64,000 nucleotides of DNA from Camelus ferus (lineage: Eukaryota), in assembly GCF_009834535.1 (NCBI RefSeq), contig NC_045696.1, forward strand, positions 96,040,001 to 96,104,000, in the 5' to 3' direction. The notes beneath the pieces were generated by a model. The model did not search any database. It saw only the letters and a program-made list of their open reading frames with translations, and was not told where the DNA came from. The stretch's first letter is position 1. Every line of letters starts with the position of its first letter. This document shows, one piece after another, positions 25,720 through 39,500 of this stretch. The position numbers and the translations under genes are program-made.

Positions 25720-26650
25720 ATATTTAAAACATAACTTAGAAACAGACAAATGGGGAAGAAGGGAAGGTTCTTCCTTAAAACAGAATACAAACATTTAAAT
25801 GCAGAAAAAATACTGTGAATAGCAAATTATCATTTTTCTACTACCACAGTAAAAATGGATTTAGGCAAGAATGATTTAATATATGCTAACACCGGTGGGT
25901 GAAGACGTGATGAGTAGAAGTATCCCCATAAATTAGTTAATGATTACAAAAGGGAAATCAGTAAGTTCACAGTGGAGAAATCTATCACATTACTTACACA
26001 GAGAAATTAAAGTAGTTTCACCAATCGTGTATATCCTAATGTGATACACTAAGACACATCCTGCCAAAAATGCACAATCTGAATCGAATTATGAGGAAAT
26101 TATGAGCAAATCAAACAGTAACATTCTACAAAATCCTATACGCTTCAAAAATGTCAATGTTATGAAGACGGGAAAAAAAAAAGCTGCAGAACTGTTGCAG
26201 ATTAAAGGTAAGTAAAAAGACACAAAGGCTAAATGCAAAGTGTGATACTACACTTTGGAAAAGTGTACAAAAGGAAAAACTACCGTAAAGGGCATTACTG
26301 GTGCAAGTGACACACAGTGTGCAGAAGACGTAGAGGTTATGTGGTGTGTCGTTAAATTTCCTGATTTTATTAATTTACCAAGTTTCTGTAAGAGAATATC
26401 CTTATTCTTGAAAAAGCACACTGAAGAATTTAGAGAATGGGGCACGAGTCTGCAACTCACTAATATATACAGATCCGGGGGAAAACTGCACATGCATTTG
26501 TATATATACACACAGAGAAAGAGAAAGAAGATAATAAAGCAAATGTGAGGAAATGTTAGTAATGAGTGGATTTGGGTGAAGGGTTTATGGCAATTCCTAT
26601 ATTATTCTTGTAACTCTTCTGTTCATTTGAAGTTTTTTCAAAATAAAGTT
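25720..26650 (+). mobile_element. Ancient L1 (L1MC/L1ME-type) 3' region
   Basis: cacagtggagaaatct, aagagaatatccttattctt, tgggtgaagggtttatgg...ttcaaaataaagtt. Confidence 0.7.
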
Positions 26651-27925
26651 ACATCTTGTCCCTGGGTGGAACATTAGAGTCCGCTACCAGTATCCCACGC
26701 AAAAGCGTCCCTTCCACAGCATTTGTAAGTAACAGCTCATCTCCGCTAACACCCACCTCTGACGATGTAAGAAGTAGGCAGCCTGTGAAGGTTTATATAC
26801 TACTGCCTCTGCTTGGAAAAGGACTTTTCAAGTAGGTTGCAGTACATGTCACAGACACATTGGGGGCTGGGGGGAAGCATCAGAGCTAGAAAAACTACAT
26901 CCATGATAAAGAATTTCCTTAAAAATGAAGATCAAACTGGCCAAGGCAGAGGCTTATAAAATGTCCTCGAGATGCCCTGTCACAGTTAACCATGTTCCAC
27001 TATCAGCCTTTTCCCACCTAACTCTACTCTGATCCCTCCTAACAGACCACAGCCCCAGCCATGCTGTTCCTTCTCTACTACAAACTGCCAAACCAACCTT
27101 CTTTCAAATCCTGTCCTGGAAGGAGTCTACCTCAGTGTTTTCCAAAACATGAGACACGCGTGTGGTAAGCCAGCTTGTCTGAGGGCTTTAGGATGTATTT
27201 AAGGGAACAAAAAGAGGCAATTTAAGGAAAGACAAGCGTAATAAATAATAAAGAAGGGGTGTGGCGCTTGCAGCAGTAAAAGCTGTTGTAAACTCCGCTG
27301 GAGAAAACGCTGACTGATGCTACGCTGGTAGCATTTCAAAATTTGATTTACAAAGCTACAGAAGTGAATTATATGATTACATGAAAATTTCATGAAATTA
27401 CATGAAATAAACTGTATGAAAATTCTCACAGCAAATACTAACTGGCTGAAATTGGAGTTTCTTTTAAAAAAATAAAACTTTAGAAAGTATTCTCATGCCT
27501 CTTTGAGATTATAGTAAAAACTCAAAGCAAAGCAAGATAATATTCTAAATATATATATAGTAAGTTATCATTTTAACACTGTTTAGGGAAAAAGCTTGGT
27601 TTTTCAATATACATATTTTAGTCCATGGAAAAGTCTCAAGAAATTTGAATAAGAAAAATGGTGTAAACTACTCAACCCCCAATATTTATTTATTTTCTAT
27701 GAACACTAATCAACTGACTACGACAATAACACAGTCCTATTCTGGTAAGTTTCTAGGGAGAAACTGCTAGAGCCTATTAGGCTATTTCAGTTCTTAACAA
27801 TCTTGTGGGACATGAAAAATGCAATCTGCCTTTAAAGAATCACACACCCCCGCCCCACCAAAAAAAAAAAAAAAAAAAAAAAAAGAAGAAACCCACACGC
27901 CTGGTTCCAAAACACCAGGCCTTAC

Positions 27926-28021
27926 CAAAGGCTGCTGGGGCTGCATTGCTTGGAGACCAAGGGTCTGGCTCTGGGGCTGCGAGGACTGCGGGGGCTGGGG
28001 GGGCTGGGGGGGCTGCTGCAT
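27926..28021 (-). CDS. MED12L: MED12L exon (96 nt): MQQPPQPPQPPQSSQPQSQTLGLQAMQPQQPL
   Basis: Acceptor tctttccag, donor gtaagg; phase 0/0. Confidence 0.9.
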
Positions 28022-30666
28022 CTGGAAAGAAACAAACAGCATCAGACATTTAGAAGTAGGAGGTTAGTATCATTCCACTCCCCACCCCGCAACAGACCTT
28101 TCCCCTAAGTGTTCTGTTGCAACAAAAATGACACACACCTGCCTCCTCCATCTTTGCCTTGCCAAGCACTGTTCAGCCTTCAAGCACAAGACCTAAATCT
28201 GCTCCTCACCGAGCCTTCTCAGACGACTCCAGCCCCAGGGATCTTTTCTTTGGTAGTCACAGTGTTCACTGCCTAAACCACCCCACACCACCCAGGGACA
28301 TCCTCTGTTCCTTTCGTGTCATTGGCTCTTCCACATGTTTTATTTCATCTGACACCACCAGGTCAGACAAGACTGCTCAGTAGTTCTCTTTTCATGCCCT
28401 ATAATATCTAAAGTAACTCTTGAATTTAGATTCTTTTTTTTTTTAAAGGAAGACATAGATGTGAGAAGTTCAGGCATAAATTACCAGCACAAAATCATAA
28501 ATTGTGTCTGTGAAAGTTGGCTGAAATACCTGGCTCTTGGAGAATACTTCCAAGTCACCAAAGAAACACAGACTAGACATCCACCAGAGGGGACACCACA
28601 GAGGAAAGGAAAATAATAATACATGCTTTATCTCAATGACCTTTAAAGTCTCCTCCATCCAAACACCCAGACACTTCAGCTTGATGATGACAGTGCCAGG
28701 CTTCTTTTCATCCTTTGTATTTTTCCAACTTGGTTTGCATACTATCCCCCAAATTATTTGTCTTCTTTAGGACAAGGTAATCAACAGCTATCGCCAGATG
28801 GCATTTCTCACTAAGTGACAATAGTCATGGATTTGGAATCCTAGCTGAGTTCTGGGCGGGCCACTCTCAACGTGGACAGTGCAAGTTGGACCAGAAACAC
28901 AGTGACTGCAATACGAAGCCAGTTCTCCACTGGGCTCCCCGTGAACCCTTCCAGGAAAAACCAATCCATCTTCATAATTATTAATCTGTTCCTTTGTAGA
29001 GGTAGCCAATCACCAAAAAAGGAATACATGTAATTCAGATGCACAAGCAAATCATTTCCCCTTATTTCCAAGGAATGTGTCGGTAATAAGAAAAGTATCA
29101 GGAGGACACAGCATGTTAACTGGGATAAAACGTACCCATTAACCAATAAGGAAAATTTTCAAAATTTGTAGCCTAAAAAAAATTTCCAGTATAAGACAGG
29201 AAGTAGTAAATAAACAAATAATGTAGTAACTTTCCTCAGTGATTTGGAAATGAGAAATTTTAAAAGAGGGAAATATAAGTATCAGTTCTAAACCATTCTG
29301 AAACATACATTCAGAACTTGGGGAAAATTATTTTTATTTAAGAAAACATCACACTGAGTATTAATATTCATATTAGTGAGAGTATTGCCAAATGAGGGCT
29401 TTACTTGCATTTTCTTATTTAATTTTCAGTACGCACTTAAGAGGTAGGCGCTGTAATTATTTCCAGTTTACTTATGACAAAACTAAGGATAAAGGGGATT
29501 CGACCCTGTTGGAGGGAACATCTACACTGTGAATGGGGTTGGCGATTGCAGGCCACACTCCTCCCTGAAACTGATATCGCACGTTTTCAATTCTATGATA
29601 CATTTCTTCCCACACTTTAACCGGTGAAAACTGGAATTCAATTCATAGCATCTTATGACAGTGAAGCCCAGTTCTGTTCAAGATTTGTGTTGGCTTCTGT
29701 CAACCTGATGACACTGCCAACCAGAATTTTTTGGATCACTTTGAATTCACACCTCAAGCCCGCTTGAGCTCATGGTTCAAATATTTCCTTCCCACCATCC
29801 AGTGTCAAGGTTGAGACACGTAAGTTCCTTTGCTGGCCCTTTCTGCATGACAGCTTTATTTCTCATTGACCTCATACAAAAAGTATAGTCCTTGGATGCC
29901 TCAGTTCTACTAGATTCCCCATTTTTGGTGTTTTTGTTTTCTTTTTTTATCTTTCTTAGAAATACATAAAAAGACAGTGTATCTCAAGTTGGACTGCTAG
30001 TAAGATTAGAGTCCAATGTACAGACAGACTCATCAGGCAGTCTCCAATCCAGTAACACAGGACAAGCTTGCTAATAATGAAGACACATGGAACAGGTCAA
30101 CACAATAGCCTGTATTTCCTAAACAAGGGAGGTAGAAGCAAGAATGTGTCAAGGGCAGGAGCCCTTTATCTGGAAGACTCACATATTCATATCAAATAAA
30201 TGAAGAACAGTTCTCTGGATTCCACCAGAGACGAGATGAAATACTGCACCCATGTAACTCCAACTTCACAGCCCAGTCAGACTAGAAGTGTGAAAGAAAA
30301 TTTTTCAGATTACAGACTCCTCTAGAAATCTCATGAAAACTCTGGACAGCTCAATTTTGGTTTGTTTGTTTTTTAAACACATATAAGAAATCTGAAACTC
30401 AAATTGCATGGCCTCTGATTAAGCTGTGACTGGGTAAGCGGAGGCTTACTATTAAGATTACTATCCAGCTACCCTCCTGAACCTTCATGAAAGCAGAAGG
30501 ATGGTCTGCAAGATGCACAGAGAACTGAAACTAAATTACACCGGTTTAGCTCCTAGTGTCAAATACACAGGATTCTCTGGAACTAGGCAATTAAAATCTG
30601 AAGTGTCTGTTACTTCTTATGACTGCTGGGGACCCAACACACATTGCACTCACTCCCAGCCCCTAC

Positions 30667-30823
30667 CTGGAGGAGTCTCTGCTGCTGTCGAACCTGCGGC
30701 TGTCTGGGCCTCATCGGGTCCTGAGACAGGGGCACCGAGGGAAGGTTTGGATGCGCGGAAGTCAGCACCGCATCGATTCCTCCGCCCACCAGGGGGCTCT
30801 GCTGAAGTGACTGATGATTCAGT
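30667..30823 (-). CDS. MED12L: MED12L exon (157 nt): LNHQSLQQSPLVGGGIDAV...RQQQRLLQ
   Basis: Acceptor tctttaccag, donor gtaggg; phase 2/0. Confidence 0.92.
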
Positions 30824-31109
30824 CTGGTAAAGAACAACACAACTTATTTTCAGGCGCAAGCGTACTGTCAAATTTTTAATCAGTGCCACTGGCCCATTGC
30901 ACACGTTCGCAAAGAAATGATCGTGTTCAATAATCACGTGTATAATTCAAAAGCAATAAAGGCCAATGGTTAAATAACCTAGATTCCCAGGGATAGATGG
31001 TGTCGCTTGACAGAGGACAGCAAGCACACTTACTACTTACAGAAAAATTGCAATTGTGGATAAATTACTGTTTAAAAATGTTTTAACAGTCTTAAAATAA
31101 TAAGTTACA

Positions 31110-31350
31110 TTAACTGAGCATTTCATCTGGAGCAGGCACCATGGGAAGAGTCTGAAATTTATTACTTCGTTTACTCCCCCCACAGCTGTCCTTTGAGGGC
31201 AGCAGTTTTGTTATTTCTATTTTTAAAATGAGAAAACAGAGCTAGAAGTAAGGGACCAAAGGTATTCAGACAGCAAATGGCACAGGTGGGATTTAAACCC
31301 AGAACTTTGGGGCTCTGAAATTCAAGTTCTTAGGCAGTATGTTAATGCTG
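31110..31350 (-). mobile_element. MIR SINE
   Basis: actgagcattt...aaatgagaaaacagag...gggatttaaacccag. Confidence 0.65.
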
Positions 31351-31546
31351 CCACTTACCAGACAAATAATACATATAATGCATGTTTTCCAAATTTACTT
31401 ATTCCCAAATGTGCTACCATCAGCTTTGCCAACTTTCTGAACAGTGAGCACTCGGAGTTGACGTGCAGCCTTTGATGCTACTGCATGGGGAACCAGGCTG
31501 CGGTCCACTGAGGTGCAACACTCTGCATGACACCGAACTCTGAGAC

Positions 31547-31933
31547 CAGTGCCATCCAGCACAACCTTCCATAGCGACTGAAACGTCCTACACCTTTGAT
31601 GTCCATTAAGATAGCAACTGGCTACATGAGGACCAGCTACATCATTTCTGGTCTCAGTGCAAAACCAGAATGCAGGGCTCTCTGATGAAGAATTAGTAGG
31701 AATTTCAAGTAGGTGACAGCAGAGCATTAAAATCAACCACGCAGGCCTTCTAAACACAACACCCTGTGTGAGTGCACAGGTCACACATCTTTGAAGTGGT
31801 CCTACTGGCCACATGTGGTTAATGAACACTTGAAAAGTGACTAGTGCAACTGAGAAACTAAATTTTTTAATTTAACCTTAGTCTAAATCTAAATAGCCCA
31901 TGTGGCTGGTAGCTACTACAATGGACAGAGCAG
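31547..31933. mobile_element. MER3-like hAT element interrupted by a MER45A-like element
   Basis: MER3 halves (cagtgccatccagc...gctacat / gccacatgtggtta...aacacttgaaa...tggacagagcag) flank an insert at ~31628-31804. Confidence 0.7.
31628..31804 (-). mobile_element. MER45A-like hAT-Tip100 element
   Basis: aggaccagctacat...cagtgcaaaa...gacagcagagcattaaa...tgcacaggtcacac...tgaag resembles the MER45A reverse complement. Confidence 0.7.
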
Positions 31934-32483
31934 TTATACACTGTGTCTGCAAGATACAATTAAAGCAAGAACTGAAAAAGAATCTTTCATGATCCTGTTT
32001 TGCCAACCATTCCTGAAGTGGAAAAGGCAGAAACTAAGATATATAACAAAACCTTTATGGACACCATGCACAATGAGCGTTGCATCATAGGCTTTCTGGC
32101 TCTGACCAACATATTCTAGTAAGGCACTGCTAACGATAATCAACATGTTTTTTATCTTACATATTCAGAGCCAAAAAACCTTTTTAAAAGAGGAAGAAAA
32201 AAGAACACTAGAGCTGACATAGTGGTATCATCGAAAAATGTTACACAAATACTGTGGGAGATGTGAGTCCAGCCATAAGGGCCTTTAACAAAATAAACAA
32301 GATAGGGCATTGTTTATTTTGAACCGCTATCTGGATGCTGCTAAAAATGAGATGACAGAATGAAAATTATATGCTGTATACAAGTTCATAAAATCAATTA
32401 TAAAGCACCACGCCTTAGAAAAAGCTTAGCAAAGACAAGAATTTGAGTGTCTACACTGCAATCATCATTTCCACATGTATCAC

Positions 32484-32716
32484 CTCTGAGAGCCACTCAA
32501 GGGCTGCAGGTACGGCGACGCCTGCTGCTGGACGTAGCCGCTCGGCGGCTGCTGCTGCATCTGTCTGAGTCTTTCCATTAGCACCGGGTTGGAATGTGCG
32601 GCCGGGTAGGTTCTGGAATTATAGGTAGGAGACAGGACCACGCTGCCAGCCTGCTGCTGCGGGGTCTGCTGCAAAGGCATCTGGGTTCCATACATCGTAT
32701 AGCCCTGGGGCATGGT
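32484..32716 (-). CDS. MED12L: MED12L exon (233 nt): TMPQGYTMYGTQMPLQ...YLQPLSGSQ(R)
   Basis: Acceptor cctgcag, donor gtgata; phase 0/2. Confidence 0.92.
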
Positions 32717-33421
32717 CTGCAGGCAGGCACAAGGAACAAAATCAACGTTTCCACTTACCAACAGCTTTCCTATCACTAAGATATGTGGGGCAAAAAACAA
32801 GGCCATGAGAAGCCCCCTGAAACTCATTGTTCTCAAAGGCTCTTCTGACTCTAAATAGGAAGAATACTGTGGAGGCAGAGAGGACAGCCAGAAAGTCACT
32901 GAATGAACTGGCTGTAGAATTTCACGTTCGAATCTGTTTCACAGAGAAGGAAGCCAAGACTCAGAGTAACCTGCACAGTTACACAGCTTGTAGGTTGCCA
33001 GGAGTTCTGTCAAGGTCTGATCCCAAGGCCAATTATCTTCTTACTCTACCGCGGTTCTTCTCCAAAGCTATCTTTGAACATGATACATTCAATCACAAAT
33101 TACATCATTATACAATGTACCGTAGGTATTCAGGGACTGTTAACTACTTCAACATCTACCATCATCAATAGAGAGGTCTGAATTTGTTTGTTTTTAATTC
33201 AAGAAGCTCCTAAAATGTTGCATGCCCTTTAATCAATCCTGAGCTTGTTTAATGATCACTGGTAATGCTTTTTTTTTTTTTGAAATGTCAATTATAATCA
33301 ATAAGCAGAAGTGACTAAATTCCATACCCAGTAAGGGAACTGATACCCTATTTCTTAGTTTCCTCCTTCAAATAAAGAGCATTAAAAATCCCGGCAGCAT
33401 CTACAAAGCAAACGTGGGTAC

Positions 33422-33511
33422 CTGTGCTTGCTGCAGCCCTGGGTACTGGGGGAGCTGAGGGGAGGGCCGTGCTTGAGCAGCAAAGAGAGCAGCCTGGTCC
33501 CCTGGCTGGCC
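33422..33511 (-). CDS. MED12L: MED12L exon (90 nt): GQPGDQAALFAAQARPSPQLPQYPGLQQAQ
   Basis: Acceptor gttttccag, donor gtaccc; phase 0/0. Confidence 0.9.
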
Positions 33512-36500
33512 CTGGAAAACAAAGCCGAGGTGGCTCTTGATCATAACAGCAGGGATGGATTCAGGATCCTGGCTCATAACCCCCAGAGCCCCTGACAGCA
33601 AACCCTATGTGAGAGTAGCACTTGCAGATTTCCCAGCTGTGTTAAATACTACTTCTCCTCAACTTCCTATTAACAGCAGAGACTGCTGCACTTACTATTT
33701 GTTCCGCAGACTGACTAGAGATGTCCCCAGTGGTAACACTGACATAAACACAAGCCAACATCACCAATGGTCTGCTCATCAGAGAAGGCTCTGAGCCAGC
33801 TCTCCCGCACACTCCAGGGTGCAAATGCCCGAGAACAAAAGGCATGAGTCTCTAAGTGTGAAACCTGAAACCACCAGGCTGCATTACCCTGTGCTCATCA
33901 AGTGAGCGAGCACGTGGTGCACACAAATGGCGTGTGCAGACTTCATGCCTTTTTATCGCGTTTCTTCACAGTGACCTACAAATTGCCTATTTAGCCGTGT
34001 ATTCAAGGGATGAATTTGAAATCTCTTACGACTCTAACAATCAATACAAATTTATAATGAGTTAATATCAAATACAATTCTAAGCAACTACAATATAAAA
34101 TAAAACCAGTTAACATCTGCCTTAATTTAATACATGTTTTGGCCTTAGGAGAATAACTATAAGAGCAGCTGTATGTATTTTATATTTTGGCGGCAGAAGC
34201 TATTTCATGGAAGTTTGTAATAATAACACAGAAAGAGGCCTAGCTTCCAACCACCCCTTGTTTCTCGTCAGGACTTACTAACTATAAAGAATGGGGTTTA
34301 TTCTAGGATATTTTACTGTTGTTTTTATCATAGATGTCCTCATTTTTTAAAAGTGCTATACTGTAGTTATATAAAACCATTTTAATGTCCTTAGAAAGTA
34401 GCACAGATATTTCTGGCAGGAAGAAAGGGATAAACATGTAGCTTAAGGGGGAAAATAGCACCGTTATTAAGCATCTATCACGCACTTGAAACCGGGCTTC
34501 CTGTTCTCATTCCCATTTTCTCACAGGAACTCTGCAGGGAGGGAGCGGCACCCTCTTTCCGTCAGGCAGGAAAAGCCAGGCTCGCAGCACACAGGCAGCT
34601 GAGCGAGCTGACCCGGCTAGAGCTGGCGGCACTCGGGGAAGACTGACTCCAAGGCCTAGGGTTTTTTTTTTTTTTTTTTTCCATTATGACACGATGCTTC
34701 CGTATGTGGTATTAAGGATAAAAATATTTAAAATCTCATTTGGTGCTTATTCTTTGGGGACAACTAGCCTCTCAAACTCAACCCAAGAAGAAACCAAAAG
34801 GAGACGCTCTATGAAGACTTGCTAATGAGATACTGAAGTACTATGTTGTATACATCAGACGGTGAAGCCTTTTCCCTGGTCCCGACATAAAAGCCCTTGA
34901 GGGAATTTAAGAAACTTCAGCGTCTCCTAAGGTGACTCTCCAACCACACGTGGACCAAACACGAATTTCTGAGTATCCACTATGGTATTTACATATAACA
35001 GCTTCAACAAGAATCTAACTTTCTAAAATAGGGTATCTTCCTGGTACCAGCCTTTAGCTGTGTAGTTTAAGTGCAATTATCTCTCTTCTTGCTTTGGTCT
35101 AAGAAAAATAGCCCAAACTCCCTTTATGAGAATCCACGCCATGGCAGTGTGGCAGGAGTATCGCCCCAAAGTAGCCCAGTGGCTCCTGATCCTCCAAACA
35201 CTAAGCCAAGGAGTCATGAAATCACCCAGATCTTTAAATGCCACTCCTCGGACCAGTGCTCCCTGACAGTGTCGGCCAAGGTCCCTGAAACAGTGTTGTG
35301 CTTTTTTTGTGGGGACAAATATATGTGTATTATTATCATTCTCACAGAAGAAAAATGAATGAATTATGTGAGTTAGAATCTTGAGATCCTTAAGTAGTCT
35401 AAAATACCTGTGCCCTTTTTCAGCTTTGAGGGAAACCAGATGTGGTCGCATGAGACAGCTGAGTGCAGATGCAGAAAACAGAGCTTCTCTAGCTTCACTA
35501 TTCCTTTGCTATGGAAGAACTTTATGAAACAAACTACAACTTAGGTGTGAGGGGAAACTAGAGTTCTAATAAGGTAAATACCCGAGTTACTGGGCAACAC
35601 CCTTTTAATGACAAATAACAGTTGAGACTGTTCAAATTTAAGAACTATGAATTTTAAACTATCCACATTTTTTTAAATTACAAAATTAATATTCAAGGAA
35701 AAACACTGTAACTTTGAAAAAAGCAAGGAGGGGGTGAAAATTTTCAAATCAGTTTTTACACTCTAAAATTCACGTATTCTTCAGTGAACCATTTTTAGTC
35801 TAAAGGTAAACGGTTTACATGTCAATATATTATGTTCCCCCATCATCATTTTCCCCCCAACTCACTACGTAAGCACAGTAGGTAAGAATCCTAGGAGTCA
35901 GCACCCTCCCTGAAGTAATCACAAACACCTCAAGTTGGCCAGCTCTCCCCAAGGGCTTCACAGGCGTATTTGCCCTGAATGAAAAACACTCATCTCCTCT
36001 GCCAAACTGAAGCGAACTCCTGCTGTTCTCTGGGTTTCCCAGAATAATGCCAGGAACAAATTATTTATGTGTAGAGACAGTTCAGTCTGTTGAGTAAAAA
36101 ATGACTGACTGAGATGCTCTTTAGTAACTTGAAAGATTTTACAAATGCTTAAATGGGGACCAAAATGTGGGAAGAAGTGAGAAAACTAAAAACTGAAATT
36201 TAGTAATAAAATTTTAAATGTTGGTGGAATGGTTTTGCTGCATTTAAGCAAGAAACTGGGCCGGGCTGGGAGAGGCGGCAGAGTGAGACCAGGCCTGGCA
36301 AATCATGACTTCTGGTCGCCTTAGTTATATGTAATCTACTTATCCATTACTTTCAGAAAACTTCCTAAGCTTTATTTTATTTATTTTTAATCCGTTCCCA
36401 ACACTGCATCTGGCATACAGGAAGGGCTCAATAAATATCTATTGAGGCAATCTAAGATTTAATTTAGTCTATCTATTAAACAAGAGTTCCAAAGGTAAAT

Positions 36501-39500
36501 TGGGATTTATTATTTCAGCATAAATTAGTTTACCAAGTGCTTTCCAATTGCCCCTATTTTTTGGCAGCATTTTTTGTTTCAAAAACTCACTTAAAAAAAA
36601 AAAACTCACTTTTTAATTTAATTTTTAGCAGTCTGCCACTATAATGATTTCTCCTTTCTGCCTGCATTACTATCTGGAGAGCAGCTCAAGTCCCCCTCTT
36701 AATACACTCTGCTTAACTGAAACAGGGAGAGGCAGCATTAACTTCCTATTCTTGGGGGTGGAGACGGCAGTTCGGGAGGCTGGTTTTTGGTGGAGTATTT
36801 GTGTCTAGCCAGGTGCCACGTGACTTTGAGCACATCACTGAGAGAGAAAATAAGACACATTTGTGCCCTGGCTCCAGCACCCAACTTACAGGTGCTAAGG
36901 GAACAAGCCACAGTTAGCGGGGGAATTCTGACAGTTACGTGAACCCACCTCTGGATTGCTACTTGAGATTAATGCCTACGTTTGTTCTCCTGCATTTGTT
37001 TTCACGCACTTTGCTTTGGGCTGGCCTCTAGGTAGGAAATATAAATCCGTAATATTTTCAAAAATTTCCACTTTCTAAAAACTTCTAAGAAAGTTGTGCT
37101 TTACAATACTGATTCATCTTCCTGGCCTTTACAGGAACAATTCTCTCTTTGATGGCTTTATTTTCAATGACACCAGAGACATTATTGAGCTCAAAGAGAG
37201 TGGACTCAAAACCTCTTGCATAATTTGAAATTCATGCATCCAGTAAGTTAATAATTTTTGATAAATCATCTTCAAAGTTAATTTTCATTCTTCTGGGCCC
37301 TATTCCCTTCATTAGTTCACTCTCTCAGTCAACTGAGAAAATATAAGGATCTCTTTCTAAAGGAGAATTGGTTCTAACTCCAATTAGCAGACAGTAAGCA
37401 ATGCAATCAGAAGCATGTCAGGATGAGGAATCTTCCATCCACCCCATCCACTAGTAATGCTTTTTCTCAAATCCCTATTTAGTAACTTTCCAATAGCATT
37501 TAAGGGTCTCAAGTAGAGACAAGCTGTACCAGAAAAACCACATCCAGATTTTGTGACTCTGTTTCTGAAAATGCTGATTTAGGAACAAAAATAAAAGTCA
37601 CCCAATGAAAACCAGTGTGGGTAACGTTTTATGAGTCACCTAGCAAAATGGCCTTTATTTGCCACTACTGGTTTGGAAGGTACTGAGTAATGGTGCCCAA
37701 GGCTGAACAACAAATGGTGTGACCCAGAAGTTATGGTCAGCACATTATACGAGTGTATTCTGATTGCAGACAACAGATACCAGAAAACTCTGCGAGAGGT
37801 CCTGTTGACCAGTTGCACTTGATTCTTTTATAAAGCTTTCATATCAAATATAACTTTGTTGGGAATTAATTAACAGTAACAGGAACGGCTGGAACAAACT
37901 GGTTCATTCTGAAATAAACACACTTTATACAAAAATAAACCTTCACAATATGTTCTGTTAATATGCTCATAAATCATGAATATAACATATTGATTGGTTG
38001 AGGATATACATTCATTAAATTCCTAATCCTGGCGAATATTAAAAGAAAATAAGAATGGTGAAAAGGACAGTGAAGATATATATACACATTTCCATTTATC
38101 TGAATGAATACAGAAAGTACATTACCTTTTGATGTTAAATACTTGAACAAAATACTTTGTCTAGTTTTTTAAAAAGTACAATCAATAATTAATGCAAATT
38201 GTATTTATTCAAATTTCATTATTATCTCGAACAATAAATGCCCTACAGCAAACATAAGCTATCTTCAAAATATTTTTGAAATCTGACAAAGTTGAATTCA
38301 AGTTTTTAAATAAACGAAAACCTTGCCTGCTCTCAGTATACTAAAAGTGTAAAGAAAAATGGATAGAAAAATTGATTCCAAGGAAGTCTCCAAATTTTCC
38401 TCTGCTGAAAGAACTAAAAAAATTGCCTGTATAACAGTATTTCATAACGAATATTTTCAAAACTTGTATATGCAGTTAAGGATATTTTCACCAGTGTATA
38501 GAAAATGTTACCCATCAAATTGGCAGTGAAACAAGTTGACTTACATTCACATCTGAGATGTGTGCTCTTTTTTATTCTAATGCTTCTTGGATTTATGTTG
38601 TGGGTTGGCTACCTGATACAGAAACCTACAAGTAATTTAATGCAAAACATGCATTCTTAGCTAGCCCAGGCAAAGCAGTAGAGATGAAATCTTACGACAT
38701 GCATGCACAAGACCTATGCCCCAAAAAAACACCTCCTCCATACCGGAAAGAAAACAGAGATGATGCGTTCTGTTGAGAATTTAGGAAGAACCAGTGAGTG
38801 GGATGTGATGAGAAGGGCATGTTTCATAACCACAGTTTTCATTATCTTGCACTGGCCTGTGAGTGAGTCAGCATGCCATGCGTTCCCCTACTAATGATGT
38901 GAGTTACCAGAGAGAAGCAAGAGCTCAAAACTGGGACTGAGACGAAGGTATACGAACTGGTCTATGGTCCCAAGCCCAGGCCATGAATGTCTGCTGGTTT
39001 CTATACCATACACATGTATGATGAAAATCATGACGCAATCAAAGGGGACAACTTTTAGAAATAAACTCCATTAAGCTGAACATGATCAATGCATTCATGA
39101 TTCTGTGTTACAGTCTCAAACATAAACTAAGTGAGTAAGAGTGAAATGAGGACTGTAATTATCACCAGCTATAGAGGAATAACCCGCTTCTCATTTTGAT
39201 GTTCAAAGAGTAATGCTATAAAAGTTTAAAAAAAAAAAAGGAAAGAAAAGAAAGAAAAAGGAATGACAGCAGGGGTGTTACCATTATGTTGTCAAAGTCT
39301 TCCAGAAGGGAGACAGCAGAGTTACAGAAGTCCTACAGAAAGGGGACAGCAAGAAAATGGCAGACAATACAGATAAGATCGTTTAGCCTAATGATGTGGG
39401 GAGCCAAAATACATATGAATTAGTTCACTTTTAAAAACAATGTTTCAGAGAGTCAAGACTTAAAAACCCAGGCCTTAAGAAGTTTTATTAATTTATATGC

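Noticed and set aside
16467..26548. 60-160 aa ORFs in MED12L introns
   Set aside because: No recognisable protein similarity; many overlap MIR/LTR/L1 relics or homopolymer runs
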